From an uncultured Gammaproteobacteria bacterium (GTDB lineage Bacteria; Patescibacteriota; Microgenomatia; Levybacterales; GWA1-39-11): DNA of 62,057 nt. Of the stretch, positions 10,989 to 19,755 are shown in pieces. Both the position numbers and the translations under genes were made by a program. The notes under the pieces were generated by a model. It did not search any database, was not told the origin of the DNA, and saw only the letters and a program-made list of their open reading frames with translations. Every line of letters begins with the position of its first letter. Within the stretch, counting starts at the first letter, position 1. Location: contig CAYRKM010000002.1 of NCBI GenBank assembly GCA_964425075.1, positions 1-62,057 on the forward strand. The letters are read 5' to 3'.

Positions 10989-13900
10989 TCAATTAAGAAC
11001 TCTGACGCCGTCAACTATAATTACTGGGAGATCCTCTTTGTAATCTAACCTTCCTTCAATTACTAAAATCGCGTCTTTTATAATGTACCCCTTACTTCTT
11101 TCAAAAATTTTTGGAAAGACAACACACTCAACGCTAATTCCAATATGGTCTTCAAGACGTACAAAGGCCATTTCTTCGCCACTTCTTTTCGTAAAGATTT
11201 TCTTAATTTGTGCAACAAGACCCCCAACTTTTACACGGGTACCATCTTTTACTTCTTCAAGCTCCGAAATTTTATGTGTTGAAAAAGTAAAGAGAGAAGT
11301 AAGCTTTTGATTAAGCGGATGGTCAGTAAGATAAAAGCCCAAAAGTTCCCTTTCAAAAACTAATTTTTCGTTTTCACTAAATTCCTCAACCTCTAAAGTA
11401 TCAATTTTAATCATTTCCGAAGAAGATGGGGGTAGATCTTTGAATAAACTGCCTTGATTCATGGGTTTTTTTACAGTTTTTTTGTTTATTGCCGACACAA
11501 CGCCTGCAATAGATGTTAGGAGATATGCGCGAGTTCCAAATACGTCAAAAGCCCCAGCCTTAATAAGGCTTTCAAGAGTTTTCTTATTAACCTTAGAGAG
11601 ATCAACTCTTGAACAAAAATCCTCAATACTATCAAATTTTTTCTTGTTACGTGCTTCTAAAATTGTGCTAATTGCTGCACTTCCTACGTTTTTAATAGCG
11701 GATAAACCAAACCTTATTTTTGTATTGTCCTCGATAATAAAATCTGCTCCAGAAGAATTGACATTTGGTCCAAGAACAGTAATCTTTAGTCTTCTGCATT
11801 CTGCAACAGCAATGGAGACTTTCTCATTTTTTTGGGGACCGGTTGAACCACGCGACTCAGCAGTAAGTAGGGCTGTCATAAACTCAACAGGGTAGTGGGC
11901 TTTAAGGTAAGCAGTGCGAAATGCAATTGTCGCGTAGCATGAAGCATGAGCTTTATTAAATCCGTAACCCGCAAATGGGGCAATTAGTTCAAATATTTCT
12001 TCAGCTTTTTTCCTAGCCAAGCCGTTTTTAACTGCACCATCCAAGAAAATTTCTTTTTGTTTTTTCATTTCTGCAGGAATCTTTTTTCCCATTGCTTTTC
12101 GAAACTTGTCTGCGTCAAGCCATGTATAGCCTGCAAGCGCAATAGTGGTTAGCAAAACGTCGTCTTGAAAAGTTAATATTCCATAAGAATTCTTCAATAT
12201 CTCCTCAAGTCGGGGATCAGGATAAGAAATTTTCGTCGGATCATGCTTTCTTGCTATAAAGTCAGGAATATTTTGCATGGGTCCGGGTCTATATAGTGCC
12301 ACCATTGCCATTACATCAAAAATGTTAGTAGGCTTAAGTTCCTTTATGTATCGTCTCATTCCTGAGGATTCAAGCTGAAAAATCCCGGTTGTTTCCCCTG
12401 AGGACAGAAGTTGGTATGTAGGAGGATCATCATAAGATATTTTTTGAAAATCTACAGTTATGTTTTGATTTTCCTTAATGAAACGAAGCGCTTCTTGGAT
12501 AATGGTAAGGTTACGAAGTCCCAAAAAATCCATTTTTAGAAGTCCCACGCCATCTTCCCCAACAGTGTACATATCATATTGAGTAACGATTTTATCTCCA
12601 TTCGTTTCCTTTTGAAGAGGAACGTATTCTGTAAGATCTTTGTCTGCAATTACTACCCCTGCAGCATGGACTGAAGCATGACGGGCAACTCCATTGAGTT
12701 TTGAGGCAACATCAAGGAGTCTTTTTGTGTCAGGTTCTGTGTCATACGCTTTTTTAAGATCAGGGCTTTGCTGAAGAGCAAGCGGTATAGTCATGGAATG
12801 GCCTTGCCAACCTGGAGGTATCATTTTTGAAATTCTGTCAGGTTGTGCATATGGCATTCCAAGTGCACGTCCAGCATCCCTTACTGATCCTCTGGCCTCC
12901 ATTGTCCCAAAGGTTATAATTTGGGCTACCTTATCTTTGCCAAATTTTTCAGTTACGTATTGTATGACTTCATCCCTTCTGGTGTCTGCAAAGTCCAGGT
13001 CAATATCGGGAGCGGACGGCCTCTGAGGATTTAGAAATCTTTCAAACGGTAAATTAAAGTAAAAAGGGTCAACGTCAGTTATGCGCAAAATGTAGGAAAC
13101 AACGGATCCCGCCGCAGAGCCTCTTCCAGGGCCAACACTTATGCTGTGGTCATGCGCCCAGTTAACGAAATCAGCAACTGTCAAAAAATAAGTCTCGTAT
13201 CCCTTTTTAAGAATAATATCAATTTCATATTCAACTCTTTCCAAGATTTCATCAGTTACTTTTGGGTATCGCAAAGGCAATCTCTCATTTATTAAATGTC
13301 TAAAATAGTCTGCAGTACTCATTCCGTCGGGAGTTTCAAACTTGGGCATAATCCATTTTCCCAGCGGAATTTCTACATTGCACATGTCTGCGATTTTTAC
13401 GCTGTTAGAAATTGCTTCTGGAATGTCAGAAAACGCCTCCTGCATCTCTTTTGCAGTTTTAATATAGAAGTCAGGCGAATCTATCATCGATAATTTTCTG
13501 TCCTCCTGAGTTATAGTGGTTTGGGTTCCTATGCAAAGCAGTATTTCTTGTGCCTCTGCATCCGTTTTTGATATATAGTGATTATCATTGGTTGCTACAA
13601 CACCAAGCTCATAAACTTTTGCAAGTTTAATAAGTTTTTGATTAAGATCCTCTTGGGGTGGGACATGAATATGCCTTTGGAGCTCTAGGAATAGGTTTTC
13701 TTTTCCGTAGATATCGATAAGTTTTTCCAAACGAGAATGAGCTTCTTTTTCGTTTCCCTCAACGAGTGGTTCTCCAATGTATCCATTAACACATGCTGTA
13801 AGGCAAATGATTCCTTCGCTGTATTTTTTTAGCAAAGCTAAATCTGTTCGGGGTTTGTAATAAAATCCTTCTAGATGTGAAATAGTTATAATTTTCATCA

Positions 13901-14204
13901 AGTTTTTATACCCTGTAAAGTCTTTGGCTAATAGAATGAGATGGTTATAATCTTTATCAACTCCTGCTTCTTTGTCATGGAGATTTCTTTTAGCAATGTA
14001 TATCTCACAACCAACAATTGGCTTTATTTCATTTGCTATGCATTCTTTGTAAAATTTAATCGCTCCATACATATTTCCATGGTCAGTTATTGCAATAGCT
14101 TTCATTCCTAAATTTCGTGCAGCTTCCACCATGGGACCAACGCGAGAAAGACCGTCAAGGAGAGAATATTCAGAGTGGTTATGAAGGTGTACAAAATCAG
14201 CCAT
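10989..14204 (-). CDS. dnaE: DNA polymerase III alpha subunit
   Basis: 1071 aa. PHP domain at the N-terminus (FVHLHNHSEYSLLDG), palm/fingers motifs (GPGRGSAAGS, DIDLDF) and a C-terminal OB fold. Confidence 0.97.
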   Translation of the reverse strand: MADFVHLHNHSEYSLLDGLSRVGPMVEAARNLGMKAIAITDHGNMYGAIKFYKECIANEIKPIVGCEIYIAKRNLHDKEAGVDKDYNHLILLAKDFTGYKNLMKIITISHLEGFYYKPRTDLALLKKYSEGIICLTACVNGYIGEPLVEGNEKEAHSRLEKLIDIYGKENLFLELQRHIHVPPQEDLNQKLIKLAKVYELGVVATNDNHYISKTDAEAQEILLCIGTQTTITQEDRKLSMIDSPDFYIKTAKEMQEAFSDIPEAISNSVKIADMCNVEIPLGKWIMPKFETPDGMSTADYFRHLINERLPLRYPKVTDEILERVEYEIDIILKKGYETYFLTVADFVNWAHDHSISVGPGRGSAAGSVVSYILRITDVDPFYFNLPFERFLNPQRPSAPDIDLDFADTRRDEVIQYVTEKFGKDKVAQIITFGTMEARGSVRDAGRALGMPYAQPDRISKMIPPGWQGHSMTIPLALQQSPDLKKAYDTEPDTKRLLDVASKLNGVARHASVHAAGVVIADKDLTEYVPLQKETNGDKIVTQYDMYTVGEDGVGLLKMDFLGLRNLTIIQEALRFIKENQNITVDFQKISYDDPPTYQLLSSGETTGIFQLESSGMRRYIKELKPTNIFDVMAMVALYRPGPMQNIPDFIARKHDPTKISYPDPRLEEILKNSYGILTFQDDVLLTTIALAGYTWLDADKFRKAMGKKIPAEMKKQKEIFLDGAVKNGLARKKAEEIFELIAPFAGYGFNKAHASCYATIAFRTAYLKAHYPVEFMTALLTAESRGSTGPQKNEKVSIAVAECRRLKITVLGPNVNSSGADFIIEDNTKIRFGLSAIKNVGSAAISTILEARNKKKFDSIEDFCSRVDLSKVNKKTLESLIKAGAFDVFGTRAYLLTSIAGVVSAINKKTVKKPMNQGSLFKDLPPSSSEMIKIDTLEVEEFSENEKLVFERELLGFYLTDHPLNQKLTSLFTFSTHKISELEEVKDGTRVKVGGLVAQIKKIFTKRSGEEMAFVRLEDHIGISVECVVFPKIFERSKGYIIKDAILVIEGRLDYKEDLPVIIVDGVRVLN

Positions 14205-14348
14205 AATTTAACTTTTAAGAATTACCATAGGATTTACTTTATAGATTTCTTGAAATTCTTTCAACAAGGAGTTTGTTGTTTGTCGTAGCTTGTTTGAGGT
14301 TGTTTTTTTCATCAGGAACTTAAAATAGGATTAACCTATTGTTCCCTT

Positions 14349-15701
14349 TTATTGTAGCATTTCCGCGAGCTTATTTCTAATTTGTTCCGTGTCATTTGCT
14401 TCAGGAACTGCTTTTCTAACTTGGCCAATTAAAAATCCCAAAATCTGAACTTTCCCACTTTTGTAAGCATTTACAGCGTCAGGATTTTCTTCGAGTACGA
14501 TTTTAATTGTTTCAATAAGCTTCGTATCGCTAAGTTGATATACAGATGTTTGTTTAATAAATTCTGCTATAAGTTGTGCTGGTTCAATGTTTTGGGTTTC
14601 GACCTTTCTATTAATAATAAAATTCGCAATTGCGACTGCACCTACATTATGTGTCCTTCCAATTTTGACCGCTTCCTCAAAAAAATCAGCAATATCATAA
14701 TCGCGGGTTAATATCTCAGCATTATAGTGTGAAAGCAAAAGTTCCTCAACAAATCTTCTAGTTCTTTTCTGTGGGAGTTCAGGTATTTCCTTTGAAATCT
14801 TCTCAAGTTGGTCTTCCGTTATTGTGATTGGAGGAATATCGGGCTCTGGGAAATAGCGATAATCATGCGCTTCCTCTTTTGAGCGCTGACTAACCGTAAT
14901 ATTCTTAAACTCATTCCACCCACGGGTTTCCTGAATAGGTGTCTCTCCCTTTTCCAGTAATTCCTGATGTCTTACTTGCTCAAACTGAATAGCTTTATCA
15001 ACGAATTTAAATGAATTTATGTTTTTTACTTCAACTTTATATTTGGGAAGGGTAGTTTCACCTTTCTTTCTAAGTGAAATATTAGGCTCAAGTCTCATGT
15101 GGCCCTTTTCCATGTCAGCATCACTTACTCTTAAATAACGTATGATTTTTTGAAGTTCAGTTAGGAATATTTTTGCTTCTTCACCAGACCTTATGTCGGG
15201 CTCCGTAACGATTTCAACCAAAGGAACCCCTGAGCGATTAAAATCAATTAAAGAAACTTCTTTTTCATCTTGCCTGCCCTGAGCCTGTTGAAGGGTTGAG
15301 TGTGTAAGCTTGCCTGTATCTTCCTCCATGTGCACCCGGGTAATTCCAATCTTTCTTTTTTCTCCTCTTACTTCAATTTCCAAGTAACCCTTTTCTCCAA
15401 AGGGGTGAAGGTATTGTGATGTTTGAAATCCTTTTGCCAGATCTGGGTAAAAGTAATTCTTTCTTTCAAAAAAGGAATCTTTGTTTACGGAACAATTTAA
15501 AGCAAGACCAATCTTTACGCAGTCCTCAATTGCTTGAAGATTAGGATAGGGTAAAGCACCAGGCAGACCAAGACAAACAGGACAAGTTCTGGTATTTGGT
15601 TTGTCTTGCAAAGTCGGATTGGCGCACCCACAGAACATTTTTGTATTAGTTGAAAGTTCTACATGTATTTCAAGACCAACAATTGTTTCGAAATCACTCA
15701 T
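14349..15701 (-). CDS. gatB: Asp/Glu-tRNA amidotransferase subunit B
   Basis: GLEIHVEL, FCGC...CPVCLGLPGALP and RVHMEEDTGKL motifs. Carries an in-frame repeat-derived insert (STLQQAQGRQ). Confidence 0.97.
   Translation of the reverse strand: MSDFETIVGLEIHVELSTNTKMFCGCANPTLQDKPNTRTCPVCLGLPGALPYPNLQAIEDCVKIGLALNCSVNKDSFFERKNYFYPDLAKGFQTSQYLHPFGEKGYLEIEVRGEKRKIGITRVHMEEDTGKLTHSTLQQAQGRQDEKEVSLIDFNRSGVPLVEIVTEPDIRSGEEAKIFLTELQKIIRYLRVSDADMEKGHMRLEPNISLRKKGETTLPKYKVEVKNINSFKFVDKAIQFEQVRHQELLEKGETPIQETRGWNEFKNITVSQRSKEEAHDYRYFPEPDIPPITITEDQLEKISKEIPELPQKRTRRFVEELLLSHYNAEILTRDYDIADFFEEAVKIGRTHNVGAVAIANFIINRKVETQNIEPAQLIAEFIKQTSVYQLSDTKLIETIKIVLEENPDAVNAYKSGKVQILGFLIGQVRKAVPEANDTEQIRNKLAEMLQ
15277..15295 (-). 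repeat. 19-nt dispersed element, copy D (in frame in gatB)
   Basis: In coding orientation it reads CCCTTCAACAGGCTCAGGG and is translated as (T)LQQAQG. Confidence 0.7.
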
Positions 15702-17131
15702 AAATTAGGTGTCCTTTCATAGAATTTTGTTTCCTGCTCATATGCATGTCCTACTTGAAATAGTAACTTCTCAGAGAAATGAGGACCGATAAACTGAATG
15801 CCGATGGGTAAATTGTTGCTGCCAAATCCCGCAGGTACCGCAAGAGAGGGAACTCCAGCAAGATTAATAGTAACGGTAAGTGCGTCTCCTAGATACATCG
15901 CTAATGGGTCATTTACTTTCTCCCCAAATTTCCAAGGAAGCGTTGGGGAAACTGGTGCGACTAAAACATCAACCTTACTATAAGCATTTTCATAATCTTC
16001 CACAATTAGAGTTCTGATCTGCATGGCTTTTTTGTAGTATGCGTCATAATATCCTGACGAAAGCGTGAATGTACCAAGCATTATGCGTCTTTTGGCTTCT
16101 TTCCCAAAATAACTTCTGTCTTTCCCGTACCTGATTCCGTCATATCTTGCAAGGTTTGAGGATACCTCTGAAGGTTGGATAATGTAATACACTGCTATCC
16201 CTTCGTCGGTGTGGGGAAGTGAAACTTCAACGATTTCGGCACCAAGTTTCTCCAAAGTTTTTAACGACTTTTCAAAAGCAGCTTTTACTTCCTCTGAAAG
16301 CCCCTCTGCGACAAATTCTTTAGGCACTCCGACTTTGAGTCCCTTAACATCCTTGCCAAGTAGAGCTTCATAATCATTTTCAGATTGCTGTAGCGAGGGC
16401 CCGCCCTGAGCCTGGCGAAGGGTTGCATCTTTTCCGTCAGGACCAGATGTAATCGATAAAATCTTTGCACTATCTTTTACGGTTTTGGTAAAGTGGCCAA
16501 TGCTATCAAGACTTGAGGCCATAGAAATCACTCCATAGCGAGATACAAGACCGTAAGTAGGTTTAAGGCCAACAGTGTTAGTAAAAGAGGCAGGCAGTCT
16601 TATTGATCCTCCGGTATCAGTTCCGGTTGCAAACAAGCTAAGTCCTGCAGCAACTGCAGTTCCTGATCCACTTGAAGAGCCGCCAGGAATATAGTCTTTG
16701 TTCCATGGATTTAGTGTGTTGCCAAAGTCGCTGTTTTCTCCGCTTGATCCATGAGCCCAGGCATCATGATTAAGTTTGCCAAGAGATATAGCGCCTGCTT
16801 CTTCTAATCGAGATATTGCAGTGCCTGTGTATTGAGGAACATAGTCTTCCAAAACTCGTGACGCAGCGGTGGTTTTGACACCTTTTGTAAGAAACATATC
16901 TTTGATACCAAAGGGGATGCCGAAGAGCGGTAAATTACTATTTGCTTGCCCTGAGCTAAGTCGAAGGGCCTTTTTTAATGCATTATCTTTATCGATTGTA
17001 ATATAGGCATTTAGAGTGGGATTAAGTCTTTCAATGCGGTCAAGATAGGACGAAACAACATCGAAAACAGAAAATTTCTTTTCTTTATATCCATCAATAA
17101 TGTCACTAATTGTAAGATTTTGAATATCCAT
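15698..17131 (-). CDS. gatA: Glu-tRNA(Gln) amidotransferase subunit A
   Basis: Amidase signature GGSSSGSGTAVAAG...GTDTGGSIRLPA. A 4-nt overlap with gatB. Carries two in-frame repeat-derived inserts. Confidence 0.97.
   Translation of the reverse strand: MDIQNLTISDIIDGYKEKKFSVFDVVSSYLDRIERLNPTLNAYITIDKDNALKKALRLSSGQANSNLPLFGIPFGIKDMFLTKGVKTTAASRVLEDYVPQYTGTAISRLEEAGAISLGKLNHDAWAHGSSGENSDFGNTLNPWNKDYIPGGSSSGSGTAVAAGLSLFATGTDTGGSIRLPASFTNTVGLKPTYGLVSRYGVISMASSLDSIGHFTKTVKDSAKILSITSGPDGKDATLRQAQGGPSLQQSENDYEALLGKDVKGLKVGVPKEFVAEGLSEEVKAAFEKSLKTLEKLGAEIVEVSLPHTDEGIAVYYIIQPSEVSSNLARYDGIRYGKDRSYFGKEAKRRIMLGTFTLSSGYYDAYYKKAMQIRTLIVEDYENAYSKVDVLVAPVSPTLPWKFGEKVNDPLAMYLGDALTVTINLAGVPSLAVPAGFGSNNLPIGIQFIGPHFSEKLLFQVGHAYEQETKFYERTPNL
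16404..16422 (-). repeat. 19-nt dispersed element, copy C (in frame in gatA)
   Basis: In coding orientation it reads CCCTTCGCCAGGCTCAGGG and is translated as (T)LRQAQG. Confidence 0.7.
16949..16968 (-). repeat. 20-nt dispersed element, copy B (in frame in gatA)
   Basis: In coding orientation it reads CCCTTCGACTTAGCTCAGGG and is translated as (A)LRLSSG. The flanking G/C extends the terminal inverted repeat to GCCCT...AGGGC. Confidence 0.7.
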
Positions 17132-17162
17132 GCTTAATTTCTAATTATTCTAAGAACTAATT

Positions 17163-17471
17163 CTAGGCAGTTGTATCGACGAGTTTCTCTACAACAAAAA
17201 GAGAGTTGTGTTTTTTTTCAGTACCCGAAAGTGCTTCATCTTGTGAAAACCCATTTTCAACTTTATTGTCATTTCGGGTTACATTCTTAAGTCCAGTTAC
17301 TTGAGCTGTGGGTTCCACATTTGAAGTATCGATTGAGTTAAGTTTTTTAATATACCCAATAACATCATTCAGTTGTTTTTGCATTTCTGTGTGTTCATCT
17401 TCAGTAAGGGTTAGATTTGCAAGTTTTGCTGTGTTGCGCGTGTTTATATATGTAATTGATGCTTTTGTCAT
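17163..17471 (-). CDS. gatC: Asp/Glu-tRNA amidotransferase subunit C
   Basis: 102 aa. AKLANLTLTEDE...L..V..YI..L...DT..VEPT pattern, located upstream of gatA. Confidence 0.9.
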   Translation of the reverse strand: MTKASITYINTRNTAKLANLTLTEDEHTEMQKQLNDVIGYIKKLNSIDTSNVEPTAQVTGLKNVTRNDNKVENGFSQDEALSGTEKKHNSLFVVEKLVDTTA

Positions 17472-17500
17472 TTTTTTTAAAGTTAATTAATTCCACCTTG

Positions 17501-17529
17501 ATTATACTTTTGTGAGGCTAGAATTACAA
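17501..17529 (-). promoter_or_regulatory. gatCAB promoter P1: TTGTAA-N17-TATAAT
   Basis: On the minus strand the -35 is 17529..17524 and the -10 is 17506..17501. It lies 29 nt upstream of the gatC ATG. Confidence 0.55.
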
Positions 17530-17670
17530 CAACTGATTACTTTTCGAACAAAGTGAGAAAAGCAAGGTTCTTGAGCAAAGCGAAAGGTTCTTATACTTTT
17601 GTGAGGCTAGAATTACAACATGCGATTACTTTCCGAAAAAGCGAAAAACAAAGCTCTAGAGCCTTAAGAA
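17502..17670. repeat. two-copy tandem duplication, unit about 89 bp
   Basis: 17502..17531 is identical to 17591..17620 (30/30). The remainder of each unit is recognisably related but diverged (GATTACTTTTCGAACAAAG versus GATTACTTTCCGAAAAAG). Confidence 0.85.
17590..17618 (-). promoter_or_regulatory. gatCAB promoter P2 (duplicate): TTGTAA-N17-TATAAG
   Basis: Same 30-nt core as P1, displaced by 89 nt. The -35 is 17618..17613 and the -10 is 17595..17590. Confidence 0.45.
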
Positions 17671-18441
17671 CTAAAAAGAGGTTTTCAATTTTTTTAACAT
17701 TTGAAGTTTTGCCTTATGTGAATAATCGTTCAGGTTTTTTACATGAATTCTTTCGCCATATTTAATATATATTGCTTTTTCAAGCAAAAATTGGGCAAGT
17801 TCTGGGTTGCTAGGAAGAATAGGGCCATGTAGATAGGTGCCAATAGAATTTTTATAATGAATCCCTTCGGTCAGATCTGTTCCATTGTTTCCGTTGCCTA
17901 CAACAACCTTTGCAAAAGCTTGAGTTGGGTTTGCAAGATATGTTCTACCCCCATGATTTTCAAAACCTACCATATAAGGAGGGTCAAGATTTAGATTCTC
18001 AAATTCTTTGGGTTTTACAACAACGTTACCAATAAGCCTATCTTTATTTTCAGAAGACTCCGTATACATATCAAAAACACCAAGTCCCCTAATTTGTGTT
18101 CCATACGAGTCGAGATAATAATTTCCCATAAATTGATATGCCCCGCAAATAAAAAGAGAAGGGATGTCATTTTCTACCATTTGAGAAATTGTTTCTCCTT
18201 TTTTTGTTAATAAATCTTTATTTACTATTTCTTGCTGTATGTCTTGTGCCCCTCCCATGAATAATAGGTCGCAAGAAGTAAGTGCTTTGTAGTTAGTGGT
18301 TTGATTAATTCTAAGAACATCAAGATTGATTTCATTAATTTCGGCAATTTTTTCTAAAACGGTAATATTTCCCCTATCGCCATATGTCGACATGAGTTCC
18401 GGATAGAGCCAGGCAAGAGTTAGTTTGTAGTTTTTTGTCAT
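17671..18441 (-). CDS. gatD: lipid II isoglutaminyl synthase, glutaminase subunit GatD (CobQ-type GATase)
   Basis: LTLAWLYPELMSTYGDRGN at the N-terminus, catalytic Cys context (LFICGAYQFMG) and a His near the C-terminus (GTYLHGP). Directly downstream of murT. Confidence 0.85.
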   Translation of the reverse strand: MTKNYKLTLAWLYPELMSTYGDRGNITVLEKIAEINEINLDVLRINQTTNYKALTSCDLLFMGGAQDIQQEIVNKDLLTKKGETISQMVENDIPSLFICGAYQFMGNYYLDSYGTQIRGLGVFDMYTESSENKDRLIGNVVVKPKEFENLNLDPPYMVGFENHGGRTYLANPTQAFAKVVVGNGNNGTDLTEGIHYKNSIGTYLHGPILPSNPELAQFLLEKAIYIKYGERIHVKNLNDYSHKAKLQMLKKLKTSF

Positions 18442-18445
18442 AAAT

Positions 18446-19735
18446 TTATAGAATAGATTTTCCCAAAAGTATTTTTCTTACTTCAAGCATTGCAGAATAT
18501 GTTGGCAAAATCGCAAGAGTTTTGTCCTTAGGGGTATTATCAATTGCTTTTTTAAGTATGGTGTTCAAATTGTCATTCACACTTACATTTAGGTCATCAT
18601 AAGACAGTCTATTTGCAAGGTCATAAGCTCTATCCCCACCTACAAACAGTGTTGTTTCGTTTTTCTTCAAGATATTAAAATCTACATCCCAAATCCACGA
18701 TATATCACGACCATCTGGAATTCTGTCGTTTAGCAAAAAAAGTAAAGTAGTGTAATTATTTTCGTTGACAACTTTTAACGATTCATTAAACCCGGTAGGG
18801 TTTTTAGAAAGCAGTAGTAAAATCCTTTTTCCATCAACTTCAATCTCTTCTTGTCTTCCAAAAGCAGGAATAAAATTTGTAAGACTCTCCGTGGCATTTT
18901 TTGCATTAATACCAAAAACAACGTGAGACGCAAGAACAGCGGCCGTCAGATTGTAGATATTAAAAACCCCCTTGATTGGGGTTGAGATGTTTGTAGAAAA
19001 TGACTTTGGATTCGAAAGATGGCAGGAGGGGCAGGTGTAATTGCCCAAATGGGAATAGCTTACCTTTGAAAACTCAAGTGAATGTCTACAATTGGGACAA
19101 ACAATAGAATCAGCAGCATGCGAAACCTTTTCTTCTGTTTTTAAGTTATCAATAACTGAATAAAACATTGTATTCGCTTTAAGATTTTTTGACATGAAAG
19201 CAATCTGTGGATCATCAGCGTTAGAGATAACAACTGTTGAAGAAGATAGTTTCTTTAGAGAGCTTGCCCATTTTTCCGATGTTATATTTACCTCACCATA
19301 TCTATCTAGCTGGTCTCTAAAAAGATTAAGTAGAATTAATGCATCTGGATTATTAAGTTCTGATAGTATTAACGGAAGCGAGTTTTCATCAACCTCAAAA
19401 AGAAGTGCATCTGATTTTATCCTTCCAGAAAAATCAGAATGTTTAACAAGAGTAGACGCTAAGCCATTTAGGAGATTGGCACCTGAATCATTTCTTATAA
19501 CGCTCACGCCGTTGCGATTTAGAATATGGTCAAGTGCTTTAGTGGTGGTTGTTTTACCATTTGTACCTGCAATAAGTATAACTTTAAGTGTTTTGTTTTT
19601 GCGCAACATTTGCTTTATAAAGTTATTATTTGACTCGATAACCAAATGCCCGGGCCAAGTCGAGCCGGATGAACCTTTAATTTTTTGAATTAGAAAAAGT
19701 GAAATTTTCCCAAGGAGAAGTGAAAGAAACAGCAT
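18446..19735 (-). CDS. murT: lipid II isoglutaminyl synthase, Mur-ligase-like subunit MurT
   Basis: P-loop GTNGKTTT and the Cys4 ribbon typical of MurT (CPNC...CPSC). Paired with gatD. Confidence 0.85.
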   Translation of the reverse strand: MLFLSLLLGKISLFLIQKIKGSSGSTWPGHLVIESNNNFIKQMLRKNKTLKVILIAGTNGKTTTTKALDHILNRNGVSVIRNDSGANLLNGLASTLVKHSDFSGRIKSDALLFEVDENSLPLILSELNNPDALILLNLFRDQLDRYGEVNITSEKWASSLKKLSSSTVVISNADDPQIAFMSKNLKANTMFYSVIDNLKTEEKVSHAADSIVCPNCRHSLEFSKVSYSHLGNYTCPSCHLSNPKSFSTNISTPIKGVFNIYNLTAAVLASHVVFGINAKNATESLTNFIPAFGRQEEIEVDGKRILLLLSKNPTGFNESLKVVNENNYTTLLFLLNDRIPDGRDISWIWDVDFNILKKNETTLFVGGDRAYDLANRLSYDDLNVSVNDNLNTILKKAIDNTPKDKTLAILPTYSAMLEVRKILLGKSIL

Positions 19736-19755
19736 AGATCTAAGTATATCAGGAA

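Noticed and set aside
10943-11014. Longer atpB start at 11014, overlapping dnaE by 26 nt, which would imply a fused dnaE-atp transcription unit.
   Set aside because: A TTGACT-N17-TACAAT promoter lies between the dnaE stop and the ATG at 10942. The 24 extra residues are not hydrophobic or conserved-looking.
14208-14312. 34-codon minus-strand ORF (MKKTTSNKLRQTTNSLLKEFQEIYKVNPMVILKS) in the gatB-dnaE gap.
   Set aside because: It has no SD or promoter, a hydrophilic low-complexity product and nothing to suggest conservation. It cannot be supported from sequence alone.
17502-17670. Possible CRISPR or other array, given the exact 30-nt repeat.
   Set aside because: There are only two copies. The sequence between them is itself a diverged copy, so this is a tandem duplication of an 89-bp unit rather than repeat-spacer-repeat. 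There are no cas genes.
17553-17765. 70-aa plus-strand ORF spanning the gat promoter duplication and the 3' end of gatD.
   Set aside because: It starts with GTG inside the tandem repeat, runs antisense into gatD and has a basic, low-complexity product. The region is better explained as duplicated promoter DNA.
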